Notes under the pieces: generated by a model | The model's input: only the letters and a program-made list of their open reading frames with translations | Told to the model about the DNA's origin: nothing | The model's database searches: none | Assembly (NCBI GenBank): GCA_947484175.1 | Contig: CANKOI010000001.1 | Span: forward strand, 19,752-83,751 | Reading direction: 5' to 3' | DNA from: Deltaproteobacteria bacterium | Lineage (GTDB): Bacteria; Myxococcota_A; UBA796; SXON01 | DNA: 64,000 nt | Made by a program: the position numbers and the translations under genes | Shown here: positions 55,963 to 64,000 of the stretch, piece by piece | Layout of the letters: each line of letters opens with the position of its first letter | Position numbering within the stretch: position 1 is the stretch's first letter

Positions 55963-57589
55963 TGGGGGCTCCAACAGGGAGGATGGGGGGGAACGAACGG
56001 GTGTTGTACCACTGCTGCGCGATCGCGAGCACGGTGTTGAGCGAGTAGTAGAGCGACAGGCCGGCCGGCGCCGACCACATCATGAGGCCGAAGACGATCG
56101 GCATCAGCTTCATCATGCGGGCCTGCATCTCGTCCATGCCGGTGATCGGCGTGATCCGCTGTTGGGCGAACATGCCGAGCACGACGAGCGCAGGGAGCAA
56201 GCCATAGGGGTCTTGTGCGCTGAGGTCTTTTACGTAGAAGAACTCCGCGTTGTAGAGACTGGGCTCGTAGGCGAGAGCGGAGAAGAGCGCGAAGAAGATC
56301 GGCATTTGAACGAGCATGGGCAGGCACCCGCCCACGGGGTTCACCCCGTGCTTGGAAAACAGTGCCATCTGTTCGCGGCTGAGGGTCTCTTTGTCGTCCC
56401 CGTGCTTTTCCTGCAGCTCTTTGATGAAGGGCTGCAGACCCTGCATCTTTCGACCGGAGATCAGCGCCGAGCGCGTGAGCGGGTAGGTCACGATCCGCAC
56501 GAGGAGCGTGAGTGCGAGGATCGAAAAGCCCCAGTTGCCCACCACCCCGTAGATGAGATGCAGGGTGACCAGCATGAATTTTGCGAACAGGCCGAACCAG
56601 CCGAGCGACGCAGCGGAGTCGAGCCCGTGGCCCGCCGCCTCGAGCGCGCCCAGCTCACGCTCGCCCGTGTACAGGAGAAAACTCGCCTCCAGCGGCGCCC
56701 CAGCCGATAGGTTCTCGGCCGGCAGCGTGTAGAGGGCGCCCACCCGGTCCTTGCCGAACTGAGCCCATTCAACCCTCGCTCCCGCTGGTGCTTCCGGTGC
56801 CGCCGCCACCAGGTGGTACCGATCCGCAACGCCGAACCAAGCCACGGCGCCTTCCAGCGGTTCGGGCTGGGGCAGCGTAGTCGCGGTGAGGGTTTCTAGG
56901 CTCTCGTCGACGGTGACGCGGACGAGGGGCTCCAGCGACGTAGTCTCGTTTGCGTCGGGAACGGGCGCCGCGGCGACTCCCACCCAGAACGGCCCCATCA
57001 GCGGCCGATCCGCCTCGAAGCGAATCACCGACGACCAGAGCTGGCCCTCCCGCGGCGTGATCGTGCGGGTGATCGTGAGCCCGTCGTCGGTGGTTCGCCG
57101 CTGCACCAGCGGGTCGCTCGACACGAGGATCCACGTGCCGCCGAGCGTGGGGCTTCCGCGGCCGGCCACGAGGAACTCACCGCTGGGAACGAGGTCGAGC
57201 GCGGCATCGCCCCCGGAATAGGCGTCCCAGCCGCCGGAAGCGCTCCCCCACGCCCGGGACCACGCCCACGACCACCAACCGGTGACGGTTCGCGGCGAAC
57301 GGATCGCGGGGAATCGAACCGCTCGCACCGCGCCACAGTCGGTCACTTCGAGCTCGGCCCCGCCCGAACGGATGAGCGAGGTGGCTCCGGTGCAAGGAGC
57401 CTCGGAGGAAACGACGGCCGGCACCGCTGCCGCCGCGGGGGGGGAGGCCTCGCTGAGCGCGACCGGATTCTCGACGGCCAGCTCCGGCGGTACCGGGGGG
57501 GGCGGGGCGAACAGAAACTGCCAGACCGTGATGATCACGAGGCTGAGTGCCACCGCCAGAAACAGCCGCCGATCGTTCTGGTCCTTCAC
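55949..57589 (-). CDS. yidC: Membrane protein insertase YidC
   Basis: GTG 57589 overlaps the yidD stop (GTGA). [27 protein letters not shown], then a periplasmic domain and the conserved C-terminal 5-TM core ([10 protein letters not shown].., [17 protein letters not shown]). Confidence 0.9.
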   Translation of the reverse strand: MKDQNDRRLFLAVALSLVIITVWQFLFAPPPPVPPELAVENPVALSEASPPAAAAVPAVVSSEAPCTGATSLIRSGGAELEVTDCGAVRAVRFPAIRSPRTVTGWWSWAWSRAWGSASGGWDAYSGGDAALDLVPSGEFLVAGRGSPTLGGTWILVSSDPLVQRRTTDDGLTITRTITPREGQLWSSVIRFEADRPLMGPFWVGVAAAPVPDANETTSLEPLVRVTVDESLETLTATTLPQPEPLEGAVAWFGVADRYHLVAAAPEAPAGARVEWAQFGKDRVGALYTLPAENLSAGAPLEASFLLYTGERELGALEAAGHGLDSAASLGWFGLFAKFMLVTLHLIYGVVGNWGFSILALTLLVRIVTYPLTRSALISGRKMQGLQPFIKELQEKHGDDKETLSREQMALFSKHGVNPVGGCLPMLVQMPIFFALFSALAYEPSLYNAEFFYVKDLSAQDPYGLLPALVVLGMFAQQRITPITGMDEMQARMMKLMPIVFGLMMWSAPAGLSLYYSLNTVLAIAQQWYNTRSFPPILPVGAPNVAT

Positions 57590-57819
57590 GAAAGCTCCCG
57601 CGGCGGGGGAAGCGGCACGGGGTCGAACCCGCCCGCGTGAAGCGGGTGACACCGGCAGATGCGCTTCGCGCCCAACCACCCACCCTGCAGGGGGCCCCAC
57701 GCGCGGATCGCCTCGGCCGTGTACCGACTGCAGCTCGGATAGAACCGACACATCGGGGGCATGAACCGTGAAACGAGCCGTTGCCAGCCGCGAATTAGGG
57801 TGAGGAGGAACCAGGTCAT
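57586..57819 (-). CDS. yidD: Membrane protein insertion efficiency factor YidD
   Basis: 77 aa. [24 protein letters not shown] motif. Confidence 0.9.
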   Translation of the reverse strand: MTWFLLTLIRGWQRLVSRFMPPMCRFYPSCSRYTAEAIRAWGPLQGGWLGAKRICRCHPLHAGGFDPVPLPPPRELS

Positions 57820-58172
57820 CGGGAAGATCGGGTGAGGAGCGAATCAAGTTCGGCGGTGAGCGGCGCGAAACCGGCCAGAGCGGCCGCGGGGAGAGCGATA
57901 AGCACGAGATCACGGTTCGGCGGCATTCGATCCGCCAAGGCGCGCAGAGCTTCGCGGAGCCAACGTTTCACGCGGTTCCGAACCACGGCGTTTCCCACCT
58001 TGCGGCTGACGGCGAGCCCCGCCCGCGAGCGCCCCGCTTCACGAAGGGCAACGACCAGCGTGAGGAAACGACCGCGTTGACGGCGCCCCGTGCGCTGCGC
58101 GTGGGAGAAGTCCGCCGAACGACAAAGGCGCTCGGGTGGCTCAGTCGCGCTTGGAGGCAATCGTGACGACAA
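57816..58172 (-). CDS. rnpA: RNase P protein component
   Basis: [15 protein letters not shown].., [20 protein letters not shown] (RNR motif). TTG start lying inside rpmH; exact start uncertain. Confidence 0.8.
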   Translation of the reverse strand: MSSRLPPSATEPPERLCRSADFSHAQRTGRRQRGRFLTLVVALREAGRSRAGLAVSRKVGNAVVRNRVKRWLREALRALADRMPPNRDLVLIALPAAALAGFAPLTAELDSLLTRSSR

Positions 58173-58299
58173 GGCGCTTGCGGCCCTTGGTGCGCCGACG
58201 AGCGAGCACGTTGCGGCCGGCCGGCGTGGCCATGCGGGCGCGGAAACCGTGGGTGCGCTTGCGGCGCTTGTTGTGGGGCTGAAAGGTGCGCTTGGACAT
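58141..58299 (-). CDS. rpmH: 50S ribosomal protein L34
   Basis: Manual translation of the minus strand: [52 protein letters not shown]. Below the ORF-track length cutoff. Confidence 0.95.
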   Translation of the reverse strand: MSKRTFQPHNKRRKRTHGFRARMATPAGRNVLARRRTKGRKRLVVTIASKRD

Positions 58300-58569
58300 A
58301 CAGGGACTCCGGCGCGCGGCCGCTAACCCGTCTCACAGAGCCGGCAACGCCAAGAGCCCGATCGGAGTGATTCTGCCCGACCCGAAAGAAGTCGATCGCA
58401 ATCCTGCACTTTTGTAAAACCGTGGGGGCACCGGTCGTAGATCGGCACGCGGCCTCAGATCGCGATCCGAATGTGGTGAAAGCCCCTTGAAACCGATCCG
58501 ATTCCTGAGGTAGACCCCCCGGTGGGGGAGGCTGCCCCCGCACGACGACGGCACGGCTTGGGGGGCGGG

Positions 58570-59883
58570 ATGGACTCACTGTGGGCAGACTTCTGCGTGG
58601 CGATGGAACGTCGCATTGGCGTTGCGAACATGGAAATCTGGTTCAATCGAGCCGTACGACTCGGGAGCGTCGAGCCAGGCCGCGTGCGGCTGATCGCCGA
58701 GAACCGCGTCACCTTCGACTGGGTGCGTGACAACCTGCTCACCGACATCCGTACGGCGTGGGAAGAAGTGCAGGGTGGACCCATGGACGTAAAGGTGTCC
58801 TGGGATGGCGCCCCCCCCGAGCCCGAACCCATGGAGCACCGCCGGGGCGCCCGGCGGGGTTCGAGTCGACTTGAACGTGGGATGGTTTTTGAGAACTTCG
58901 TGGTGGGCAAGAGCAACGAGTTCGCGCATGGCGTGGCCTGCGCCGTGGCCGACGAACCGGGAGTGGCCTACAACCCCCTGTTCATCTACGGCAGCACCGG
59001 GCTCGGCAAGACCCACCTGATGCACGCGATCGGCAACAGTGTGGAGCGGCGCCTCGGCGGCGGGGTGGAGTATATGACCGCCCAGCAGTTCTTCGACGCG
59101 ATGGTGTCGGCCTTTCAGAACCGCAACATCTCCGACTTCCGCGAACGGTTCCGCAGCGAAATCGACGTGCTGCTGCTTGACGATGTGCAGTTCATCGCTG
59201 GGCGCGACCGCACCGAAGAGGAGGTGTTCCACGTCTTCGAATGGATGATGCAGTCGCGAAAGCAGATCGTCCTGTGCGCCGACCGACCGCCGAATGAGAT
59301 TTTTAAGCTCGCGCCGCGGCTTCGCTCCCGATTTTCGCAGGGACTCATCGCCGACGTGCAACCCCCGGATGTCGAAACGATGATGGCCATCCTCGCCCGC
59401 AAGGCGGAGGCGTTGCACCTCGTCGTGCCTTCTGACGTGCTGTACGCCATCGCCCTGCGGGTCCGAAACAGCGTGCGCGAGGCCGAGGGGGTGCTCAACC
59501 GCTTGGCTGCGCTGCACGCGTTCTATGGAAAGTGCATCACGATGGCCTTCATCCACGAACGAATGGCCGACCTGGTCCCGCCCGAAGCTCCGCCGCCTAC
59601 CGCCCAGGTCATCATCGAACGGGTCGCGGAACACTACCACCTCCGACCCGCCGACATCAAGGGCTCCCGCCGCCCCGCGAACATCGTGCGACCCCGACAG
59701 CTGGCGATGTACCTCTGTCGTACCGTGGCCAAACTCTCGTTTCCGGAGATCGCCCGCGCGTTCGAACGCGACAACTCCACCGTTCAATACGCCTGCAAGA
59801 AGGTGGTGAAGGACGCCAAGAACTGCCCAAACCTTCGCGCCGAACTGGTGCTGCTGGAGGAGATCGTCCGCCAACTGAACTGA
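58570..59883 (+). CDS. dnaA: Chromosomal replication initiator DnaA
   Basis: ATG 58570 (MDSLWADFCVAM..). AAA+ Walker A GSTGLGKTHL, Walker B LLLDDVQF. Domain IV RRPANIVRPRQLAMYLCR..S.PEIARAF..DNSTVQYA. Confidence 0.95.
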   Translation: MDSLWADFCVAMERRIGVANMEIWFNRAVRLGSVEPGRVRLIAENRVTFDWVRDNLLTDIRTAWEEVQGGPMDVKVSWDGAPPEPEPMEHRRGARRGSSRLERGMVFENFVVGKSNEFAHGVACAVADEPGVAYNPLFIYGSTGLGKTHLMHAIGNSVERRLGGGVEYMTAQQFFDAMVSAFQNRNISDFRERFRSEIDVLLLDDVQFIAGRDRTEEEVFHVFEWMMQSRKQIVLCADRPPNEIFKLAPRLRSRFSQGLIADVQPPDVETMMAILARKAEALHLVVPSDVLYAIALRVRNSVREAEGVLNRLAALHAFYGKCITMAFIHERMADLVPPEAPPPTAQVIIERVAEHYHLRPADIKGSRRPANIVRPRQLAMYLCRTVAKLSFPEIARAFERDNSTVQYACKKVVKDAKNCPNLRAELVLLEEIVRQLN

Positions 59884-60160
59884 ACAGGCGACCCTGTGCA
59901 CAAGCTGTGGGAAATCCTGTGGGAATGGGGGGGATAGCCTGCGGAGGGCTGACCCACTGGCAGAACCGCCCCCCGGGGGCCTCCTCCCCCCTGGGGAGAA
60001 CCCGCCGCGGCTCGCGATGTTCTCCACGAGGTTCTCCAAGACAAATGACCAGATAGTAGGCCCACAGATCGACTTCTCCACATTCTCCACAGACCTTATC
60101 AGGATCATCAAGATCACCTAGATCAGGTTAGAAGCCTCCTTCCTTGAACCCGGAAACCAC
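59884..60160. other. Probable oriC: DnaA-box-like cluster plus AT-richer GATC-periodic element
   Basis: TTCTCCACg 60020-60028, TTCTCCAag 60032-60040, tandem perfect TTCTCCACA at 60074-60082 and 60083-60091 (one mismatch to TTATCCACA). Weaker inverted tgtgggaaa/tgtgggaat at 59906-59926. GATC at 60103, 60112, 60121 (9-bp spacing). Confidence 0.6.
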
Positions 60161-61276
60161 ATGGACCTCCTCATCCACCGCGACGAACTGGTGCGCGCTC
60201 TCGCCCGTGCTCAGGGGGTCGTTGAGAAACGGCCGACTCTCCAGATTCTGGGTGCCGTGCTGCTCCAAACCACCGCCTCGGGGCTGCGTGCCACGGCCAC
60301 CGACAAGGCGATGACCGTCATCGGGGACTACGCCGCCACGATTCGCACGGCGGGCGAAGTGGCCGTGGACGCGAACAACTTCTTCCAGATCGCCAAGGTT
60401 TTGGCGGGCGACATCGTCACGCTCACCTTGGTGGAGAACGGGCGCCTCGAAGTTCGTGCGGGTGCATCGGTGTTCAAGCTGGCCACCTTCAACACGGCGG
60501 ACTTTCCCGTTACGCCTGCGTTGGACCAGGCGCGCTCGCTTACGATGGCCGCCAGTGCCCTTCGTCGCGTGATCGATCGGGTCCATTTCGCGGTGGCGCC
60601 CGACGACAACCGCTACGGACTCAACGGCGCACACGTCGAAGACACCAGCGTGAACTCAGGGGCCGTCGTGCGCTTCGTGGGCACCGATGGCAACCGCCTC
60701 TGTTGGGCGCAGGCCCCGTATCAGGGGGAGCTGGGCATTGGGAAGAAGATGCTCCTCCCGCGAAAGGGTCTCGGTGAGATGCGGAAGCTGCTCGAAGGGT
60801 ACGAGGGTGATGTGCAGATCGCCTTCGGCGATCGTGCTGCGCTCATGCAATACCCCGGCATCCTTGTGCATCAGCGCCTGCTCGAAGCGGAGTTCCCGGA
60901 TTACCGGCAGGTGCTCCCCGCGTCGTTCAAGCGTCGGGTGGTGGTGGATCGCGACGCATTGCGCGAGGCCCTCCGCCGGGTGTCGATCCTCGCCACCGAC
61001 GCGACCAACTCCGTCCGTTTCCAGTTCACCGCCGATTCGCTTCAGCTCTCCGCTCGCAAGGCCGACGCGGGCGACGGCAAAGAAGACGTGCCCGTTGAGC
61101 TCCAAGGGGAGCCGATCAGTATGGGTTTTAACGCCCGTTTTATGGTGGAGGTGCTCTCCGTGATGGAGGGAAGCCGGGTGTCACTGGAGCTCGGCGAGGC
61201 GCTCGCGCCGTGCATCCTTCGTGATCTCGACGATGACAACGCCCTGTTTGTCGTGATGCCCGTCCGCCTCGACTGA
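60161..61276 (+). CDS. dnaN: DNA polymerase III beta sliding clamp
   Basis: 371 aa. MDLLIHRDELVRALARAQGVVEKRPTLQILGAVLL. Three-domain length. dnaA-dnaN-recF synteny. Confidence 0.95.
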   Translation: MDLLIHRDELVRALARAQGVVEKRPTLQILGAVLLQTTASGLRATATDKAMTVIGDYAATIRTAGEVAVDANNFFQIAKVLAGDIVTLTLVENGRLEVRAGASVFKLATFNTADFPVTPALDQARSLTMAASALRRVIDRVHFAVAPDDNRYGLNGAHVEDTSVNSGAVVRFVGTDGNRLCWAQAPYQGELGIGKKMLLPRKGLGEMRKLLEGYEGDVQIAFGDRAALMQYPGILVHQRLLEAEFPDYRQVLPASFKRRVVVDRDALREALRRVSILATDATNSVRFQFTADSLQLSARKADAGDGKEDVPVELQGEPISMGFNARFMVEVLSVMEGSRVSLELGEALAPCILRDLDDDNALFVVMPVRLD

Positions 61277-61285
61277 GGAGAGCTC

Positions 61286-62359
61286 ATGCGGGTGAAGCGG
61301 CTGATGGCTCAGGGTTTTCGGAACCTGAGCGCCGAGGTGCTCGACGTCGATGCACCCTTCGTGGCCTTTGTGGGCGCGAATGGGCAGGGCAAGACCAACT
61401 GGTTGGAGGCGGTGGCGGCCCTCGGCACGCTGCGTAGCTTCCGGACTCCGCGCACCTCGGAGCTGCTTCGTTTCGGCGAACGTGAGGCCATGGTGGAGGC
61501 AGCCGTCGACTCCGACGGAATGACGCGCCGATTCCGCGTGGCGTGGAGCGACGGCGAACGCTCTCTCCACCGAGAAGATCGGGTGATCGACGCGGTCACC
61601 TGGCTGCGCAGCCTTCGGGCCGCGTGGTTCGCTCCGGGCGACGTGGCTCCGATCCGGGGGGAACCCGGTCTCCGCCGCGCGATGCTCGACCGGGCCGCAC
61701 TCACGCTCGAGCCCAGCTACCTCTCCCTCGCTCAGCAGCACCGCCGTTGCCTCGAGCAGAAGGCAGCCCTCCTGCGCGGTGGGAACGCGGACGGACCCAC
61801 CCTCGATGCAGTCGACGCTCAACTCGCGGGGCTCAGTGTGCGGGTGGTGGCACGTCGTGTGGAGACGGTGAGCCGGATGTCGTCCCACTTCAAAAGTTTC
61901 TACGAAGAGTTCGGTGGGCCCGAAGAACCTGCGGTGCGCTACCGGCCCCACGTGTCGGGTGACGAAGAGTTCGTGCTGGAGAAGATGCTGGCCGCTCGGG
62001 TGCAGGAGCGCGAACAGCGTCGGGTTTTAGTGGGCCCTCACCGCGACGAGCTTGAGTTTTCCCTGTTGGGACGTCTCGTTCGTTCCTACGCATCTCAGGG
62101 TCAGGCGCGCTCCGTCGTGCTCGCGTGGAAGCTCGCCGAGCTCGCAGCCGCGCGCGTCGGCGACGATGCACCGCTCTTTCTCGTCGACGATGTCGGCAGC
62201 GAGCTCGACCCCGGTCGGACCGCCCGGTTGGTCTCTGTGGTTCGTTCCTTGGGCGCGCAAGTCTTCGTCACGACCACCGACCGCCGCTACCTGCCCTCCG
62301 ACCTGCGGGACTTCCGGGTCTTTGAGGTGGAGGCCGGCGTGGCGCGTCGGTCGACGTAG
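61286..62359 (+). CDS. recF: DNA replication and repair protein RecF
   Basis: GAGGAG upstream. Walker A GANGQGKTNWLEA. SMC-like signature GQARSVVLAWKLAE. Walker B LFLVDDVGSELD. Confidence 0.9.
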   Translation: MRVKRLMAQGFRNLSAEVLDVDAPFVAFVGANGQGKTNWLEAVAALGTLRSFRTPRTSELLRFGEREAMVEAAVDSDGMTRRFRVAWSDGERSLHREDRVIDAVTWLRSLRAAWFAPGDVAPIRGEPGLRRAMLDRAALTLEPSYLSLAQQHRRCLEQKAALLRGGNADGPTLDAVDAQLAGLSVRVVARRVETVSRMSSHFKSFYEEFGGPEEPAVRYRPHVSGDEEFVLEKMLAARVQEREQRRVLVGPHRDELEFSLLGRLVRSYASQGQARSVVLAWKLAELAAARVGDDAPLFLVDDVGSELDPGRTARLVSVVRSLGAQVFVTTTDRRYLPSDLRDFRVFEVEAGVARRST

Positions 62360-62362
62360 GGG

Positions 62363-62896
62363 CTACCGCTCCGGCAGCACAGCGAGCACATCGGCCACCT
62401 GGGCGTGGTCGCCCGCAAAGCCCGCGAGGTGCAGAAACAGCACCCGGCCATCGGGCTGTACCACCAGCTCACCGCCCTGTTGGAGCGGATCGCCCGCGGT
62501 GCCCGTTTGTTTGTGTCCGCTCGCCAATGAGCGCAGCCCGGCGAGCGTCGCGAGCGGGTGGAACATAGCGGCCAAGCCGCGCTTCGCGCCCAGCGCAGCG
62601 TAGGTTTGGCGGCTGGGGTCGGTGTACACGGGGGCGCTCACGCCCCCGTGCTCCTTGAAGTCCGCCGCCATCGCGGCCGTGCCGTTGCCGATGAAGGCGA
62701 GCTCCGCACCACGCTCCTGAAAACTTGATGCTGCCTGGCTGAAGTGAGCGACCTGCTCACGACAAAACGTTCACCCAAAGTGCCGCAGCCACACGAGCAC
62801 CCGGGTCTGGTCGGCCCAGAGCGAGCCCACCCTCACGGGGGTGCCGCTGAGGTCCAGTACGGTGAGCTGAGCGAGCGCAGTGGTGATTGGGTGCAT
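62363..62896 (-). CDS. Peroxiredoxin-like (AhpC/TSA_2, PRXL2/SelU-like) selenoprotein with in-frame UGA (Sec) at 62773..62771
   Basis: ATG 62896, 41 sense codons, TGA, then the same frame runs into track ORF 62363..62671. Context VLVWLRHFG-U-TFCREQVAHF matches the G-C-x-F-C-R redox motif. SECIS-like hairpin lies 10 nt downstream. Confidence 0.7.
62744..62760 (-). promoter_or_regulatory. Candidate bacterial SECIS hairpin
   Basis: mRNA 5'-GUGAGC-AGGUC-GCUCAC-3' starts 11 nt after the UGA. 6-bp perfect stem, and the 5-nt loop contains the GGUC also found in the E. coli fdhF SECIS apical loop. Three further pairs are possible beyond a 2x2 internal loop. Confidence 0.6.
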
Positions 62897-62946
62897 GGGA
62901 GCGGATAACGCACCCGCGAATCCTCACGGCGGGGTACCTGAGGCGG

Positions 62947-64000
62947 ATGCGTGCCGCGCTCTCTCCGCTGCTGATCCTTCTCGCCGCTGGGTGCGATGAA
63001 GTCGTGGTCGAAGTGCCCTTCGAGCGGGGCGCCCAGCCGGTGTACACGGCCGAGCCTCCCATCACTCGGCGTCTCACCTACGATCAGTACGTGCACACGC
63101 TCGACGATCTCTTCGGCGAGGGGCTGGTGATTCCCCCGTCGTTGGAGCCGGACAGCCGCGTGTCGGGACTCTACGCAGTGGGCGCGTCGGTCACCTCGAT
63201 CTCGGCTTTGGGCGTGGAACGATACGAGTCCGCTGCGTTCGACGTGGCCGAGCAGGTGCTCGCCGACCCGGAACGTCGGCTGCGGCTGGGAACGTGCTCC
63301 CCGGCCGAGGGGCGCGACGACGCGTGTGCGGAGGAGTGGCTCGGCACGATCGGCCCCGCCGCGTGGCGCCGCCCGCTGACGACCGAAGAAACCGAACGGC
63401 TCGTCGGCATCGCTGGCGCGGCGGCCGACACGCTGGGCAGCTTCGACGACGGGTTCAGCTATGCGTTGGCCGCGCTCCTTCAATCGCCGTGGTTCCTCTT
63501 CCGCCCGGAGGTAGGCGTGGTCGGTGACGACGGTCTGCTCCGCTACGATGCGTGGGAGCTGGCCACGCGCCTGTCGTACTTTTTGTGGGACGGCCCGCCG
63601 GATGCGGAGCTGCGAGTCGCTGCGGCGGACGGGACTCTCCTCACGGACGAGGTGGTGGCGGCCCAGATTGACCGGATGCTGGCGGACGACCGCGCCCGCC
63701 GTGGGCTCCGTGCGTTCGTGGCCGATATGCTTCACCTCGCGGAGCTCGATGTGCTCACCAAAGACCCCACGATCTTCGTGTACATGAGCGAGGGTCTCGG
63801 CGCGTCGGCTCGGGAGCAGACCTTGCTGGATGCCGAAGCGCTGGTGTTCGCCGACGATGGCGACGTGCGCACGCTGCTCACCAATACCGAAACCCACCTC
63901 GACCGCACCCTCGCGGCCCTCTACGACGTGCCGGCTCCGGCGCGGGAGGGTTTTGGGGCCACCACCCTCGGGGAGTCCGGGGGTCGTCGCGGCTTTTTGG
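62947..64000 (+). CDS. DUF1592/DUF1595/DUF1588-type lipoprotein (5' part; continues beyond the window)
   Basis: Manual translation from ATG 62947: MRAALSPLLILLAAGC lipobox.., RLTYDQYVHTLDDLFG, WRRPLTTEETERL, ALLQSPWFLFRPE, ELATRLSYFLWDGPPD, final GGRRGFL. Open to the window end, hence absent from the track. Confidence 0.75.
   Translation, partial: MRAALSPLLILLAAGCDEVVVEVPFERGAQPVYTAEPPITRRLTYDQYVHTLDDLFGEGLVIPPSLEPDSRVSGLYAVGASVTSISALGVERYESAAFDVAEQVLADPERRLRLGTCSPAEGRDDACAEEWLGTIGPAAWRRPLTTEETERLVGIAGAAADTLGSFDDGFSYALAALLQSPWFLFRPEVGVVGDDGLLRYDAWELATRLSYFLWDGPPDAELRVAAADGTLLTDEVVAAQIDRMLADDRARRGLRAFVADMLHLAELDVLTKDPTIFVYMSEGLGASAREQTLLDAEALVFADDGDVRTLLTNTETHLDRTLAALYDVPAPAREGFGATTLGESGGRRGFL

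Noticed and set aside
57968-58579. 203-aa minus-strand ORF spanning rnpA 5' end, rpmH and the rpmH-dnaA spacer
   Set aside because: Wrong frame relative to the perfectly conserved L34 sequence, and it extends through non-coding DNA.
58576-60117. 513-aa minus-strand ORF covering dnaA and most of the dnaA-dnaN spacer
   Set aside because: Antisense to an unambiguous dnaA and runs through the DnaA-box cluster. No recognisable domain.
62363-62896. Interpretation of the TGA-interrupted Prx-like gene as a pseudogene
   Set aside because: The single stop falls exactly on the catalytic Cys position, the frame is otherwise intact on both sides, and a suitably spaced hairpin with a GGUC loop follows. 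A random nonsense mutation would not be expected to show all three. It cannot be fully excluded without seeing sel genes.
62757-63077. 106-aa minus-strand ORF overlapping the selenoprotein N-terminus and the DUF1592 gene start
   Set aside because: Different frame from the thioredoxin-fold reading. Its translation is Arg/Ser/Gly-rich, and it is explained by the two better-supported genes.

Overview
Very GC-rich, gene-dense bacterial chromosome (third codon positions almost uniformly G/C; no room for tRNA, rRNA, CRISPR or mobile elements). The window spans the replication-origin neighbourhood. The conserved block mnmE-jag-yidC-yidD-rnpA-rpmH lies on the minus strand (53.8-58.3 kb) and dnaA-dnaN-recF on the plus strand (58.6-62.4 kb). 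A cluster of TTCTCCACA DnaA-box-like repeats and an AT-richer GATC-periodic stretch sits in the dnaA-dnaN spacer and is the probable oriC. The rest is housekeeping and envelope genes: ABC exporter, ABC-F ATPase, TldD/PmbA pair, parvulin PPIase, HtrA, peptidases, pirin, gshB, SCO, def, ferredoxin, hybrid histidine kinase, GT2, MMPL/RND exporter, a FliA-type sigma factor. Lipobox-bearing proteins are unusually frequent (14). The long antisense ORFs in the track are GC-driven shadow frames. I corrected many starts; the track also reports TTG/GTG starts as M. Three genes the track misses were added: rpmH (52 aa), an open-ended DUF1592-type lipoprotein at the right edge, and a CDS tail at the left edge. 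Most interesting observations, in order. (1) A minus-strand operon of a B12-binding radical SAM protein, a ferritin/rubrerythrin-like protein, and a complete GyrB 43K ATPase-transducer module whose TOPRIM/C-terminal half is replaced by a class I SAM methyltransferase. I cannot assign this combination to any described system. (2) A peroxiredoxin-like (AhpC/TSA_2) gene split in the ORF track by an in-frame TGA that falls exactly on the first redox Cys (G-U-TFC-R) and is followed by an fdhF-like SECIS hairpin, so it is a likely selenoprotein. (3) A eukaryote-type Dnmt2 (tRNA cytosine-C5 methyltransferase) homologue. (4) A lipoprotein made of two tandem truncated-haemoglobin domains behind a palindrome-overlapped promoter. 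The taxon cannot be determined here; the gene content is compatible with a Myxococcota-like organism (inference only).
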